Shown: positions 1 to 9,344 of the stretch, piece after piece | Numbering within the stretch: the stretch's first letter is position 1 | Layout of the letters: every line of letters begins with the position of its first letter | From: an uncultured Bacteroidota bacterium | GTDB taxonomy: Bacteria > Bacteroidota > Bacteroidia > Bacteroidales > WCHB1-69 | Direction: 5' to 3' | NCBI GenBank assembly: GCA_942493315.1 | Contig: OW818690.1 | Location: 1,714,165-1,778,164 of the forward strand | Length of the DNA stretch: 64,000 nt | Position numbers and translations under genes: made by a program | Notes under the pieces: generated by a model | Seen by the model: the letters and a program-made list of their open reading frames with translations, nothing else | Database searches by the model: none | Told to the model about the DNA's origin: nothing

Positions 1-98
1 TATCAATATGATATTCAATATGTTATATCATCTATATGTTATTAACATAATAGTGTTAATAACTTTAATTTTAAATTATTTTTATTAAATATTTTTTG

Positions 99-106
99 TA
101 TTTTTG
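99..106 (+). promoter_or_regulatory. Bacteroidota sigmaA -7 promoter box (TAnnTTTG)
   Basis: TATTTTTG upstream of the 185-2119 operon. Confidence 0.55.
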
Positions 107-184
107 CGGAGCGCGATATGCGTTGTTTTTTGAATGAAATTTTTAAACATATATATATACATTAACCGATTAATTTTGAAAGTT

Positions 185-421
185 ATGTTAGACAACGAAT
201 TTGATTACTTTATTGAAAACAAAGATGTTTTATTTGAAAAATATCCAAATAAATACATTGTAATTCAGAATTGTGAAGTAAAATATTCTACTGACACTTT
301 TGAAGATGCTATTACTTACGGAAATAAAACTTTTGGAATGGGAAATTTTCTAATACAGTTTTGTGGGAATTCCTCTGATTGCTATACTCAAATATTCCAT
401 ACGTCTGCAATTTTTGTTTAA
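185..421 (+). CDS. small DUF5678-like protein
   Basis: MLDNEFDYFIENKDVLFEKYPNKYIVIQNCEV...FEDA pattern resembles DUF5678, which is often paired with aspartyl proteases. Start moved to ATG 185; stop overlaps the next ATG (TAATG). Confidence 0.6.
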   Translation: MLDNEFDYFIENKDVLFEKYPNKYIVIQNCEVKYSTDTFEDAITYGNKTFGMGNFLIQFCGNSSDCYTQIFHTSAIFV

Positions 422-978
422 TGTTTCACATACATTCCATAACAATTCCTTTTAACGGATTATCTCAGCAGATAACTTCTGACATTGTAATTACTAATTT
501 AAATTCAAATACGTCTATTACTACAAAAGGATTATGGGATACTGGGGCTTCCCATTCAGCAATTACTTCACAATTGGCCAAGTCAATTGGATTAACTCCA
601 ATATCCAAAACCATTGCTGTAACAGCTAATGGATCTGTTAGAGCTAATGTTTACAATGTAAAATTAACCTTACATAATGAAAATATTTATCAATATACTC
701 GAATTACTGAATGTTCAAAACTTTCAGATGAAAACATAAATGTATTAATAGGAATGAATGTAATTAATAAAGGTGATTTTATTATTTCAAATTATAATGG
801 TAAAACAGTTTTAACTTTTCGTATTCCATCTATTAAGTCTTATGATTTTGTGAAAAAACACAATAAGAAATCAAAAATAATTAATACGATTGTACATTTT
901 AATACTAAATGTTCCTGTGGAAGTGGAAAGAGGTATTTACGTTGTTGTGGAATTAAAAATGTCAAAAAAATAAAATGA
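421..978 (+). CDS. retropepsin-like (clan AA) aspartic protease with C-terminal SEC-C zinc motif
   Basis: LWDTGASHSAI catalytic motif, VLIGMNVI motif and C-terminal CSCGSGKRYLRCC. Start at ATG 421, coupled to the upstream stop. Confidence 0.8.
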   Translation: MFHIHSITIPFNGLSQQITSDIVITNLNSNTSITTKGLWDTGASHSAITSQLAKSIGLTPISKTIAVTANGSVRANVYNVKLTLHNENIYQYTRITECSKLSDENINVLIGMNVINKGDFIISNYNGKTVLTFRIPSIKSYDFVKKHNKKSKIINTIVHFNTKCSCGSGKRYLRCCGIKNVKKIK

Positions 979-982
979 GAGT

Positions 983-1918
983 ATGTCTGATACTGGGCAA
1001 TTTATAATAGGAATATCTATAGGAATTTTATTTGCTATAATTGGGTTTATTGATATACTTAGTTTTAGGGTTGCTAAAAGGTCGTTTCTAAATTATTTAA
1101 TTCATCTATCAACTAGTTCTTTGCCATTAATTTTACAAACCATCGGTTTGAAAGTATCCGATAAATTTTATATTTCATATTATTTGTCTTTTATTGTTTT
1201 TACAATTTTTATAATTTTTTTCATTTACAAGACTACTTATTCGAAGCTATTGCATCACTTAAATAATTTAAATCCTAATCATAATTTAACATTTCTGGGA
1301 TTTTTAATTTATGGATATAAGAATTTTATTAAGGAAATTGAAAAAGAAAAAAGTAAAGCATTATTAACTATTTCTGAAAATTTTAAAGATTTGCCTACGC
1401 CTTCTCCATTATGGAGCTATTATAAAGATGCAGGCCTATTTGTAAGACAATTATACAACATTAAAAAAGATGATTCTGTTGTTTATGTTTATTGTATATT
1501 ACAATCTTTTATCGATACTTTTATTGGGAACTCTAATGCCCGCTTTACTTTGAGAAAAAATGAAAATGGTGAAATGGTTACTAAATTAACAACACGCACA
1601 GAAACATTTCCTTCACCTATTCCACTTAGCCAGGTAAATATGATTTCAAAATCCTTAGAAATTGGGATTCCATTATTATATTCGATCAACAAAGAATATC
1701 ATTACAGTACTGGAAAAAATACAGTGCCCAAAATTTATCCTGAATATGTAACATATTGTTTGACTAATATTAAAAATGAACCTGAATATAGTGTTTGTTT
1801 AGAAGTAAAATTCGGTTTTGAAGGGCTGTTAAAATCTATAGTAAATTCGGCATTATTTTCAATAATTTGTGAAACCATCGCTTCTGAAATCAGAGGAAAA
1901 GACATTAAATTTAACTAA
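983..1918 (+). CDS. hypothetical membrane protein (about 3 N-terminal TM helices, soluble possibly GAF-like C-terminal domain)
   Basis: 311 aa ORF 4 bp after the protease; hydrophobic N-terminal stretches. The fold is inference only. Confidence 0.65.
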   Translation: MSDTGQFIIGISIGILFAIIGFIDILSFRVAKRSFLNYLIHLSTSSLPLILQTIGLKVSDKFYISYYLSFIVFTIFIIFFIYKTTYSKLLHHLNNLNPNHNLTFLGFLIYGYKNFIKEIEKEKSKALLTISENFKDLPTPSPLWSYYKDAGLFVRQLYNIKKDDSVVYVYCILQSFIDTFIGNSNARFTLRKNENGEMVTKLTTRTETFPSPIPLSQVNMISKSLEIGIPLLYSINKEYHYSTGKNTVPKIYPEYVTYCLTNIKNEPEYSVCLEVKFGFEGLLKSIVNSALFSIICETIASEIRGKDIKFN

Positions 1919-1927
1919 AAATTAATT

Positions 1928-2119
1928 ATGAATATCAAAGTATTTTGTTTTTTTAAGAAAAAAAAATCAAATTTAGTTGAAAACAAAAATTGTGATTCGA
2001 ATGAAAAACTTTCTGATGATAAAATTGACAAAATATCAAAATTGTTATATGAAAATAAAGGTGTCACCATTTCAGAAGAATCACAACAAAAGATTTTTTT
2101 TATAATGAATTCAAAATAA
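1928..2119 (+). CDS. small basic hypothetical protein
   Basis: 63 aa ATG ORF 9 bp after the previous stop, same strand. Confidence 0.35.
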   Translation: MNIKVFCFFKKKKSNLVENKNCDSNEKLSDDKIDKISKLLYENKGVTISEESQQKIFFIMNSK

Positions 2120-2349
2120 TTCATTAAGGTTTTATTTTTTTTCACCGGTAAAACCAGTGCATTTTATTTAATTCATCTTTGCTTCTTTTTTTGTTAAAAA
2201 AGTGTTAAAATACTCTTTTAGCCGATGGGTCGTTGTTTCTTCCTTTCCCTTTAACCCTTTTTTAGGGGAAAACATTTGTAATTATTTTATAATGGTTTAA
2301 ATTTGAGAGAGATTAAAAATTACAAAAGAAATTTGATTTTACCTGATTT

Positions 2350-2416
2350 AGTCCCTCGTCTCCAGTCCTTGTCTCCAGTCATTAGTCTGCAGTCCCTCGT
2401 CTCCTGTCCCTTGTCC
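2350..2416. repeat. degenerate period-7 tandem repeat (nGTCnnn family)
   Basis: agtccct cgtctcc agtcctt gtctcc agtcatt agtctgc agtccct cgtctcc tgtccct tgtcc. Confidence 0.8.
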
Positions 2417-2420
2417 GAAA

Positions 2421-2586
2421 TGCATTAGGGCGGAGGCCAGGTACCCCGCAAGTTGAACAGCATAGTGGTGCACGAGACGGGCAGAGCGACGGAGGAGCTC
2501 CTGCACGGCCGATGCACCACTTGGCTGTGAAACGAGGAGTACAGGCCGGAGACCGACGGCGAGCCTGCGAGCCGGAATGCCCTGAA
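2421..2586 (+). ncRNA. GC-rich structured element A (Flavo-1-like repeat/ncRNA)
   Basis: GCATTAGGG...CCGACGGC...GCCGGAATGCCC termini shared with the 13976 and 14986 elements; internal stems ACAGC/GCTGT and AGTGGTGCA/TGCACCACT. Confidence 0.55.
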
Positions 2587-2649
2587 TAATAAGCTAATGT
2601 GATAATATGTTAATAAGCAAATTAAAATAAAAATTAAAAATGAATTGTA

Positions 2650-3275
2650 TTACAATTTGTACCCAATACTAAAGGAAAAGAAATCATGAAATTCCCACTC
2701 AAAGTTTTGTTTGAATAATTTTGGCTCATCACCTATGATAAAATGAACTCCAATACCGAATTTCTGAGTGATAAAAAAATGTTCATTAATCATGATTTTC
2801 ATCCCAATTCCTAATGTATTTTCAATCCAAAGAAAGGGACCAAAATATTCGATGTAATTCCTATAAAGGTATTGATCAGCAGGATCGGAACTGATAATTG
2901 TTGAATCTATCCTATCAATGATATACATACTTGTTCTTGTTGTTGAGTATTTCATCTGAAAGTCGTAGAATATGTAAGGTTTAAATTGATCAAATTTATT
3001 AAAAACATATTGATTATAGAACAAGTTTAAGTTAAGAAAGTGAACAATATCCGTCGCAAACAATCTTTTATAAAATATATTATTTTGGTCATCCGGTTGT
3101 TTAATAGAATTAATATTACAACCGAGCCCAATCCCAAATTCCATCGTTTTCCATTCTTTTGAATAGGCTAATGTTACATTTTTCCCGGCTCCTGTGGAAT
3201 AATAGATTAGGTTTATATTTTGAGCATTCCCATTAAAACAAAAAAAAGCAATGAATAAAAAAATAGATGTTTCAT
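2650..3275 (-). pseudogene. outer-membrane beta-barrel-like protein, frameshifted in its signal peptide
   Basis: ORF 2650-3144 has alternating beta-strand patterns and a C-terminal FSIGYKL. Adding one T to the T7 tract (A7 at 3257-3263) gives MKHLFFLFIAFFCFNGNAQ..., in frame from ATG 3275. Confidence 0.6.
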
Positions 3276-3403
3276 AAAAACTGATTTAAAGGATTTTCAT
3301 CATTTCTTGATTTACATAACTTCAAAACATGCTGAGATATTGTTTCTGAATTGATTATTTTGAAACCTTGATTTTTTGGAGTTTTAGACAGTTCCATTAA
3401 TTC

Positions 3404-3439
3404 AAAAAAAAAGTGTGTCAGAATTCTGACACACTTTTT
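3404..3439. terminator. palindromic intrinsic terminator downstream of the tRNA
   Basis: aaaaagtgtgtcagaattctgacacacttttt perfect inverted repeat with A/T tails. Confidence 0.75.
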
Positions 3440-3471
3440 AATATCTTATAATTACCTGTCCTTTAGTGTAG

Positions 3472-3545
3472 TGGCGGGAACGAGAGTTGAACTCGTGACC
3501 TCCGGGTTATGAATCCGACGCTCTAACCAACTGAGCTACCCCGCC
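3472..3545 (-). tRNA. tRNA with CAT anticodon (non-initiator Met or Ile2)
   Basis: GGCGGGGTAGCTCAGTTGGTTAGAGCGTCGGATTCATAACCCGGAGGTCACGAGTTCAACTCTCGTTCCCGCCA folds as a cloverleaf; G1-C72 paired; CCA not encoded. Confidence 0.95.
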
Positions 3546-3558
3546 TTTTTTGAGGGTG

Positions 3559-3566
3559 CAAAAATA
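3559..3566 (-). promoter_or_regulatory. -7 promoter box for the tRNA
   Basis: TATTTTTG on the minus strand 13 nt upstream of the tRNA. Confidence 0.6.
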
Positions 3567-3649
3567 CAAAAAAATCATTTACACTCAGCTTTTTGGCTAA
3601 ACAAAAATTGTGAAGATTTATTGTATTGATTTCCTGAATATTAGGCACT

Positions 3650-5173
3650 TTAACGGTACTGCAACCTGTTTATAAAGAATATACTCCTCTTCCCGTTTTT
3701 GCCGTAAAGTGGGTTTTTAATCACTTGATACCCCGTTACCAGAAAATTACTGCCAAACCATCGCTCTACCCTCACCTGACCACTCGCTTCAATGTTGTCC
3801 TTGGCATGAGCTGTACCTAATTTTTCCGTCATGATGGGCTCAATAACCGTGTAATTATTTACTAACGTGGATGTTATAGTACTATTATTGGGATAATAAA
3901 TATACCCATTGTTTTGATTATCCATATACAAACCTACTTTGGCCTGGAGGGTTTGGGTTAACATGTCATTAATTGGCATGTAGTTGTCCCACAATAGATT
4001 ACCATCTTTATCAAAAGTCGTAATATACGCATTTAAAAACCGATACCCATCAAAAGTGGAGACCGGCGTTGAAACATAGTAACTTCCGGGAGCATAATAG
4101 TTGGTCGTGGAGTATTCGGGATAATACACTTCCGTCACAAAACCGAATTGTTGATTGTTGGTGTATAAATCTCCAATCACAAGATTCAGATTGAGTGCAT
4201 TGGATTGTGCTTTGATCTGAGCCTTAGTGTCTTTGGTTTTTAAAGATGTGTAATTGAAAAAATTGGGATACCCCATTTTCCCGTTTTTGTAAGTTAATGT
4301 GTAAACACCGGAGTGTAAATTGGAGGGTTTTTTTTCGGTTTCATTATTGTAACTTCCTATGATTAAATAGGAAGCGGAGTCCGTTTTGGCAATTCTCGCA
4401 GATTTAAACTGATACGAATCGTACTCCGGAAATTGGGTAAAAGTTCCGTTTTGTCCTGAAAAATTAGATTCAAATAACAAAAACCCTTTATTTAATCTTT
4501 CGATCGGTTTGTTGTAGTTATTGATGGTTATGAATAGTTTCTGTAAGGAAGTGTCAATAATAAATGACTCCGTAAAACTATTGGCTAACAATTCATTATG
4601 AGTTATTGTATTGGATCGGGCATCATAAAAGCAAATACTATTTTGTTCCTCTTCCGAACTAAAAAGAAACAATTGTGTACCTACAGCACTCATCTGATGA
4701 ACAGAATTAAGTTCCGGAAAGATCTCTAATGAATTGAAAGGAAGATTTTGAGGAGAGCTTATTTGTAGATTTTCCTGAATCAGAAACCATCTTGGGGTTG
4801 TTTTCCTTGAAGTAGATGTTTGAAAAAGGAGATAAAAACCAGACCCCGAAAAATGGGTAGATGCTAATAAAAGATTACTCAATAATTTAACATCATATTT
4901 TTTGATTTTCATTAAATTGGTGTCATAAATGGTAAAATTCCACAATGCTGTATCCTGATGGATCAGTTTTTCACGGGTTATTACAAGAATACCATATTTA
5001 CCAATTGGCAGATAGCTGTAATCGTACCAATCTTTATCTGATTCCAGCTCCAGACGTATCGGATTGTTATTTTCTGTCTGGGAGTTAGAAATTAATGGTA
5101 AAAGTGTGTATAACAATATTATACACACTTTTACCACATTGTTTATATGTTTGTTATTACATACCACCGTCAC
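3650..5173 (-). CDS. exported hypothetical protein (start uncertain)
   Basis: 507 aa ORF with a signal-like segment ending SNSQ; beta-rich; overlaps the fabG end. Confidence 0.75.
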   Translation of the reverse strand: MTVVCNNKHINNVVKVCIILLYTLLPLISNSQTENNNPIRLELESDKDWYDYSYLPIGKYGILVITREKLIHQDTALWNFTIYDTNLMKIKKYDVKLLSNLLLASTHFSGSGFYLLFQTSTSRKTTPRWFLIQENLQISSPQNLPFNSLEIFPELNSVHQMSAVGTQLFLFSSEEEQNSICFYDARSNTITHNELLANSFTESFIIDTSLQKLFITINNYNKPIERLNKGFLLFESNFSGQNGTFTQFPEYDSYQFKSARIAKTDSASYLIIGSYNNETEKKPSNLHSGVYTLTYKNGKMGYPNFFNYTSLKTKDTKAQIKAQSNALNLNLVIGDLYTNNQQFGFVTEVYYPEYSTTNYYAPGSYYVSTPVSTFDGYRFLNAYITTFDKDGNLLWDNYMPINDMLTQTLQAKVGLYMDNQNNGYIYYPNNSTITSTLVNNYTVIEPIMTEKLGTAHAKDNIEASGQVRVERWFGSNFLVTGYQVIKNPLYGKNGKRSIFFINRLQYR

Positions 5174-5900
5174 AAACTAAAACTTGTCCTGTCATATAAT
5201 CTGATAAATCAGAAGCTAAGAAAACAGCAGTATTAGCGATGTCAGTAGGTTTTCCGGTTCTTCTCAAAGAGATGGTTTTCATGTAAGCGTCTTTCACTTC
5301 CTGAGGAAGTACGTGAGTCATTTCAGTTTCAATGAAACCGGGAGCTATCACATTGCATCTGATATTGCGGCTTCCCAATTCACGGGCTACCGATTTGCTT
5401 AATCCAATGATTGCAGCTTTAGAGGCGGAGTAGTTGATTTGTCCTGCGTTTCCAGTAATTCCAACGATTGATCCCATGTTGATAATCGATCCGAAACGTT
5501 GTTTCAACATGATCGATTGAATCGCTTTAGTGTGGTTAAAAATAGATTTTACATTTACATTCATAACCATATCCCAATCAGTTTCGGTCATACGCAATAA
5601 CAAAGTATCTCTGGTGATTCCGGCATTATTTACCAAAACATCAATTTTCCCAAAAGCTTCCATTGCTTGTTTTATAGCTGCTTCAGTTTGGTCTAATTTG
5701 GAAACATCATAAGCGAGAAATAATCCTTTAACACCAAGATTTTCAATCTCTTCCATCAATTCAATAGAACTGTCCGTTTCTTTCAAATCTGTAACGATAA
5801 GATCTGCACCTTGTTGTGCAAAAGTTAAAGCGATCTGTTTTCCGATTCCTCGTCCGGCTCCTGTAATCATTGCCGTTTTTCCTGTTAATAGTTTGTTCAT
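5157..5900 (-). CDS. fabG: 3-oxoacyl-ACP reductase
   Basis: TGAGRGIG, NNAGITRD, NYSASK and VIAPGFIETEMT SDR motifs. Confidence 0.93.
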   Translation of the reverse strand: MNKLLTGKTAMITGAGRGIGKQIALTFAQQGADLIVTDLKETDSSIELMEEIENLGVKGLFLAYDVSKLDQTEAAIKQAMEAFGKIDVLVNNAGITRDTLLLRMTETDWDMVMNVNVKSIFNHTKAIQSIMLKQRFGSIINMGSIVGITGNAGQINYSASKAAIIGLSKSVARELGSRNIRCNVIAPGFIETEMTHVLPQEVKDAYMKTISLRRTGKPTDIANTAVFLASDLSDYMTGQVLVCDGGM

Positions 5901-5919
5901 AATTATTAAATTTGGTTTT

Positions 5920-6849
5920 TTACTTTTGATCAGTAAATATTATTTGTCTTGTTGTTGAGGCTAATCCCATCCAGGCTCCTAAACACTTATCGTTTGTTTC
6001 CGAGGTGATATTGGAGTATATCTGAGGAGGATTCGTAAATGGGTTCACACCAAAATACATGGTTGTTCCGGCACTGGATAGGAACCGGAAGGAAGGGTAG
6101 TCAATTTTGGCAGTTTTGATATAAATGGTATCTCCCGGTTGATAAAAAGGTCTTTGATAAGCAAACTCTTCATCCGGTGATAAATTTGTAGGTTTATAAA
6201 AATCTGATGTGCCAAATCTTAACACATCTGCAATGTATGGAGTTCCTGAAAAGGCTACATCATCTAAAGCTATGGGAAAAGAGGTGAGCCACACTCGGTC
6301 TGCATATTTGGCATTGGCTACTTTAACCTTAAACATGTAATAATCCTTTTGTCCTGCAGGATCTGTAAATTTTAACTTCAAAGTTTTTATACTATCGATT
6401 GGGATTCCCTGAAAATAGTCCAAATATAGTGAATCTATAGTCATAGTGTCCTTTATGGTTGTGATGGCACTGTATTTTTTGGAATTCCAGTTAATTTTTA
6501 AGGTATAGGATGTATTGAGTTTCCCTTTCATCGTATTAGAGGTATAATACCAATATAATGGTGCTTCATCACTTTGAACCAAATGTAGGGTATCGGTTTC
6601 GCCATCTCCTGAGATCACTGTAACAATGGCATCTTTTACAATGACATCCTCATATAGTGTTGTCAGATTGATTGTTGAAAGATAAGGAACACTTTTATAA
6701 AGACTCACTTTAGGAGCTTCACCGGGTTCAATCCACCCCTCTACCACCAATTCACTTTTATATTCGGGTAATGAAACATCAATCTCTGTTTCACAAGAAA
6801 CAAAAAGAAGTACGATTGCAAAAAACCAATATTTTTTTAACTGTTTCAT
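5920..6849 (-). CDS. DUF4249-family lipoprotein
   Basis: Lipobox FVSC, LVVEGWI motif; TAATG-coupled to the upstream TBDT as is typical. Confidence 0.8.
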   Translation of the reverse strand: MKQLKKYWFFAIVLLFVSCETEIDVSLPEYKSELVVEGWIEPGEAPKVSLYKSVPYLSTINLTTLYEDVIVKDAIVTVISGDGETDTLHLVQSDEAPLYWYYTSNTMKGKLNTSYTLKINWNSKKYSAITTIKDTMTIDSLYLDYFQGIPIDSIKTLKLKFTDPAGQKDYYMFKVKVANAKYADRVWLTSFPIALDDVAFSGTPYIADVLRFGTSDFYKPTNLSPDEEFAYQRPFYQPGDTIYIKTAKIDYPSFRFLSSAGTTMYFGVNPFTNPPQIYSNITSETNDKCLGAWMGLASTTRQIIFTDQK

Positions 6850-9233
6850 TATTTAATTTTAAAATTCCAGGTAATGGAAGGGATAATAGGGAAAAGACTC
6901 ACTTTGTAGGCTTTGGTGGTTAGTTCAGAGGGGGTATATTCTTTGGTACTGAAATAGATATAGAATGGGTTTTTCCTGTTGTAAACGTTATAAATGGAGA
7001 AATTGATACCTGACTCGAAATTTTTTCTTTTCCAGAACTGCCAGTTAATCGAAAAATCTAACCGGTGGTAAGCGGGCATTCTGTAGGCATTTCTGTCACT
7101 GAACTCAGTCATCAGATGCCCATTATAGAAATAGTATCCTACAGGAATGGTCATCGTATTACCGGATGCATAGATCCATACCACAGAAACAGTAAGTATT
7201 TTGGGTAAAATGTCGTAATTAAGATTGATAGAAACATCGTGTCTGCGGTCATATTTCGCATAAAACCAGTTGCCATTATTCAGATCATCAAATTGTCGTT
7301 GGGTATATGAGAGGGTATATCCAATAAACCCATGGAACTTCCCTTGCGTTTTATTCAAAAAGACCTCCACTCCATAAGATCTGCCTCTACCGAAAGTGTA
7401 CATTTGATCCTGATTACCCATTAAAGATGCAAAAGCAAGATTGTCCTTGTATTCAGCAAGGTTATTCATGATTTTATAATACCCGTCAATGTAAGTTTCA
7501 TAGGTATTATCTTTAAAATTTTTAAATATTCCCAAAGAAAAATGGTGCCCTTGCTGCGGTTTTATAATATCTGTTGATGGAATCCAAACATCGGTAGGAA
7601 GAGTAATGGATGCCAAAGAAATTTGATGAAGGGGCTGATAATTAATGGTATAGGAAGCTTTTATAGAAGTATTTTTATCTAATGTTATTCTTGTTGAGAT
7701 GCGAGGTTCCAGATAGTTGTACTGCTTAATCACTTCCCCTTTTTTATATACAATAGAATCAATAATATACCCTTCCTCATCCTGAACAAATCGGGTAAAT
7801 GAACCAATATGCTGAAAAATAGTAAAACGCAAACCTGCATTGATGGACAACCATTTCGTTACATCGTATTGATCAGTAACATAGAATGATAGGTCATTGG
7901 CGTAATAGGGAGGGGCATCGGGAAGTTTAATCGCATTTTGATTATTATCAGAATCAAATTTTGTAGGATAAAAACTATGATAAATATAGTGTACTCCTGC
8001 TTTAATAACATGCTTAGGATTAGGAATATACGAAAGCTCTGTTTTTAAAGTATAGTCACGAATGCCGGAATTGATAGAAAACTTGGTTTGATCTTGTTGC
8101 ATGAGGGTTTCAAACTCATAATTGCTATAGATGGCAGTCGTATGTAAGAACATTTTGGGTGTAACAATCCAGGTCCATCGGGCGGAAAGGGCGCTGTTAC
8201 TCCATAAAAAGTTAGCACTCATCCCCTGGTCTTTTGATTTAAAACCATAAGTATCATCCCCAAAATAGCCTCCAATAAAGATTCTGTGTTTATCATTTAA
8301 AATCACATTCACTTTGGCATTCAGATCGTAGAAATAGAATTTGGTTCCTTTCATAGGTGAAGAATCTTTCAGAAATGGTTGAACCAGATAATCGATATAG
8401 GTTCTTCTGCCGGAAACGATAAAAGAGGCTTTGTCTTTTTTGATAGGTCCCTGCACTGTCAATCGGGAAAAAATGAGTCCAACGCCACCATCCACTTCAT
8501 ACTTTTTCATATTTCCCTCTTTTTGAGTCACATCGAGAATGGAAGAGAGTCTGCCTCCATAATTAGCCGGGATTCCGGATTTCAAGATCTCCACACTTTT
8601 AACTGCATCTGCATTAAAAATGGAGAAAAATCCGAACAAGTGACCCGCATTGTAGATAGGAGCATCATCCAATAAGATCAGATTCTGGTCTGCATTTCCA
8701 CCTCTGACATAAAATCCTGAATTTCCTTCTGACCCTGATTGAATACCGGGCAGTAACTGAATCGACTTCAAAATATCCACTTCTCCCATTAATGCCGGTA
8801 AAGCTTTGATGGTTTCAATTTTCATCTCCATTTTCCCAACCTGCACGGTAGAAACATTTTGATCCATTTTCTTTCCTGTCACTTCCACTTCATCAACTTG
8901 GATAGTTTCAGATTCTAATTCAATATTAAGATTTTGATTATTAGATAGTTTTAGTATTCTTTCAAATTTTTTAAAGCCTATATATTGAACATTAATTAGA
9001 TACACTCCTTTTGGTAAAGAGATGGAGTAAAATCCTGAAGAATTTGTATAGTTCCCCTGGATTATTGACTTGGTAGTTGTATCTTTAGCCAATACAACTG
9101 CACCGACAATAGTTTCCCCATTATCATTATCTTTTATAGTTCCGGAGATGGTAAATTTCTGAGAATATGCAGTAAATACCGTCAGGATTAAAATACAAAA
9201 TACTAATAATAAATGTTTTATATTTAATAACAT
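6849..9233 (-). CDS. TonB-dependent receptor with N-terminal carboxypeptidase-regulatory-like domain
   Basis: ISGTIKDNDNGETIVGA, LPALMGEVDILKSIQLLPGI, VRGGNADQNLILLD, C-terminal SITWNFKIK. Start moved to ATG 9233. Confidence 0.9.
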   Translation of the reverse strand: MLLNIKHLLLVFCILILTVFTAYSQKFTISGTIKDNDNGETIVGAVVLAKDTTTKSIIQGNYTNSSGFYSISLPKGVYLINVQYIGFKKFERILKLSNNQNLNIELESETIQVDEVEVTGKKMDQNVSTVQVGKMEMKIETIKALPALMGEVDILKSIQLLPGIQSGSEGNSGFYVRGGNADQNLILLDDAPIYNAGHLFGFFSIFNADAVKSVEILKSGIPANYGGRLSSILDVTQKEGNMKKYEVDGGVGLIFSRLTVQGPIKKDKASFIVSGRRTYIDYLVQPFLKDSSPMKGTKFYFYDLNAKVNVILNDKHRIFIGGYFGDDTYGFKSKDQGMSANFLWSNSALSARWTWIVTPKMFLHTTAIYSNYEFETLMQQDQTKFSINSGIRDYTLKTELSYIPNPKHVIKAGVHYIYHSFYPTKFDSDNNQNAIKLPDAPPYYANDLSFYVTDQYDVTKWLSINAGLRFTIFQHIGSFTRFVQDEEGYIIDSIVYKKGEVIKQYNYLEPRISTRITLDKNTSIKASYTINYQPLHQISLASITLPTDVWIPSTDIIKPQQGHHFSLGIFKNFKDNTYETYIDGYYKIMNNLAEYKDNLAFASLMGNQDQMYTFGRGRSYGVEVFLNKTQGKFHGFIGYTLSYTQRQFDDLNNGNWFYAKYDRRHDVSINLNYDILPKILTVSVVWIYASGNTMTIPVGYYFYNGHLMTEFSDRNAYRMPAYHRLDFSINWQFWKRKNFESGINFSIYNVYNRKNPFYIYFSTKEYTPSELTTKAYKVSLFPIIPSITWNFKIK

Positions 9234-9250
9234 TTCTTCAAAATTAACGG

Positions 9251-9258
9251 CAAAGATA
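9251..9258 (-). promoter_or_regulatory. -7 promoter box for the TBDT-DUF4249-fabG operon
   Basis: TATCTTTG on the minus strand. Confidence 0.6.
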
Positions 9259-9324
9259 CAAAAAAAACCTGTATGAAGTGCTTTTTTGATTCTTGTAAGG
9301 GGTAAAGGTTTCAAAAAAATAGTG

Positions 9325-9332
9325 TAATTTTG
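9325..9332 (+). promoter_or_regulatory. -7 promoter box for the pssA operon
   Basis: TAATTTTG 12 nt upstream of ATG 9345. Confidence 0.6.
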
Positions 9333-9344
9333 CAAAAAAAAAGT

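Noticed and set aside
1489-2145. Minus-strand ORFs 1489-1692 and 1915-2145
   Set aside because: Antisense shadows of plus-strand genes in AT-rich DNA.
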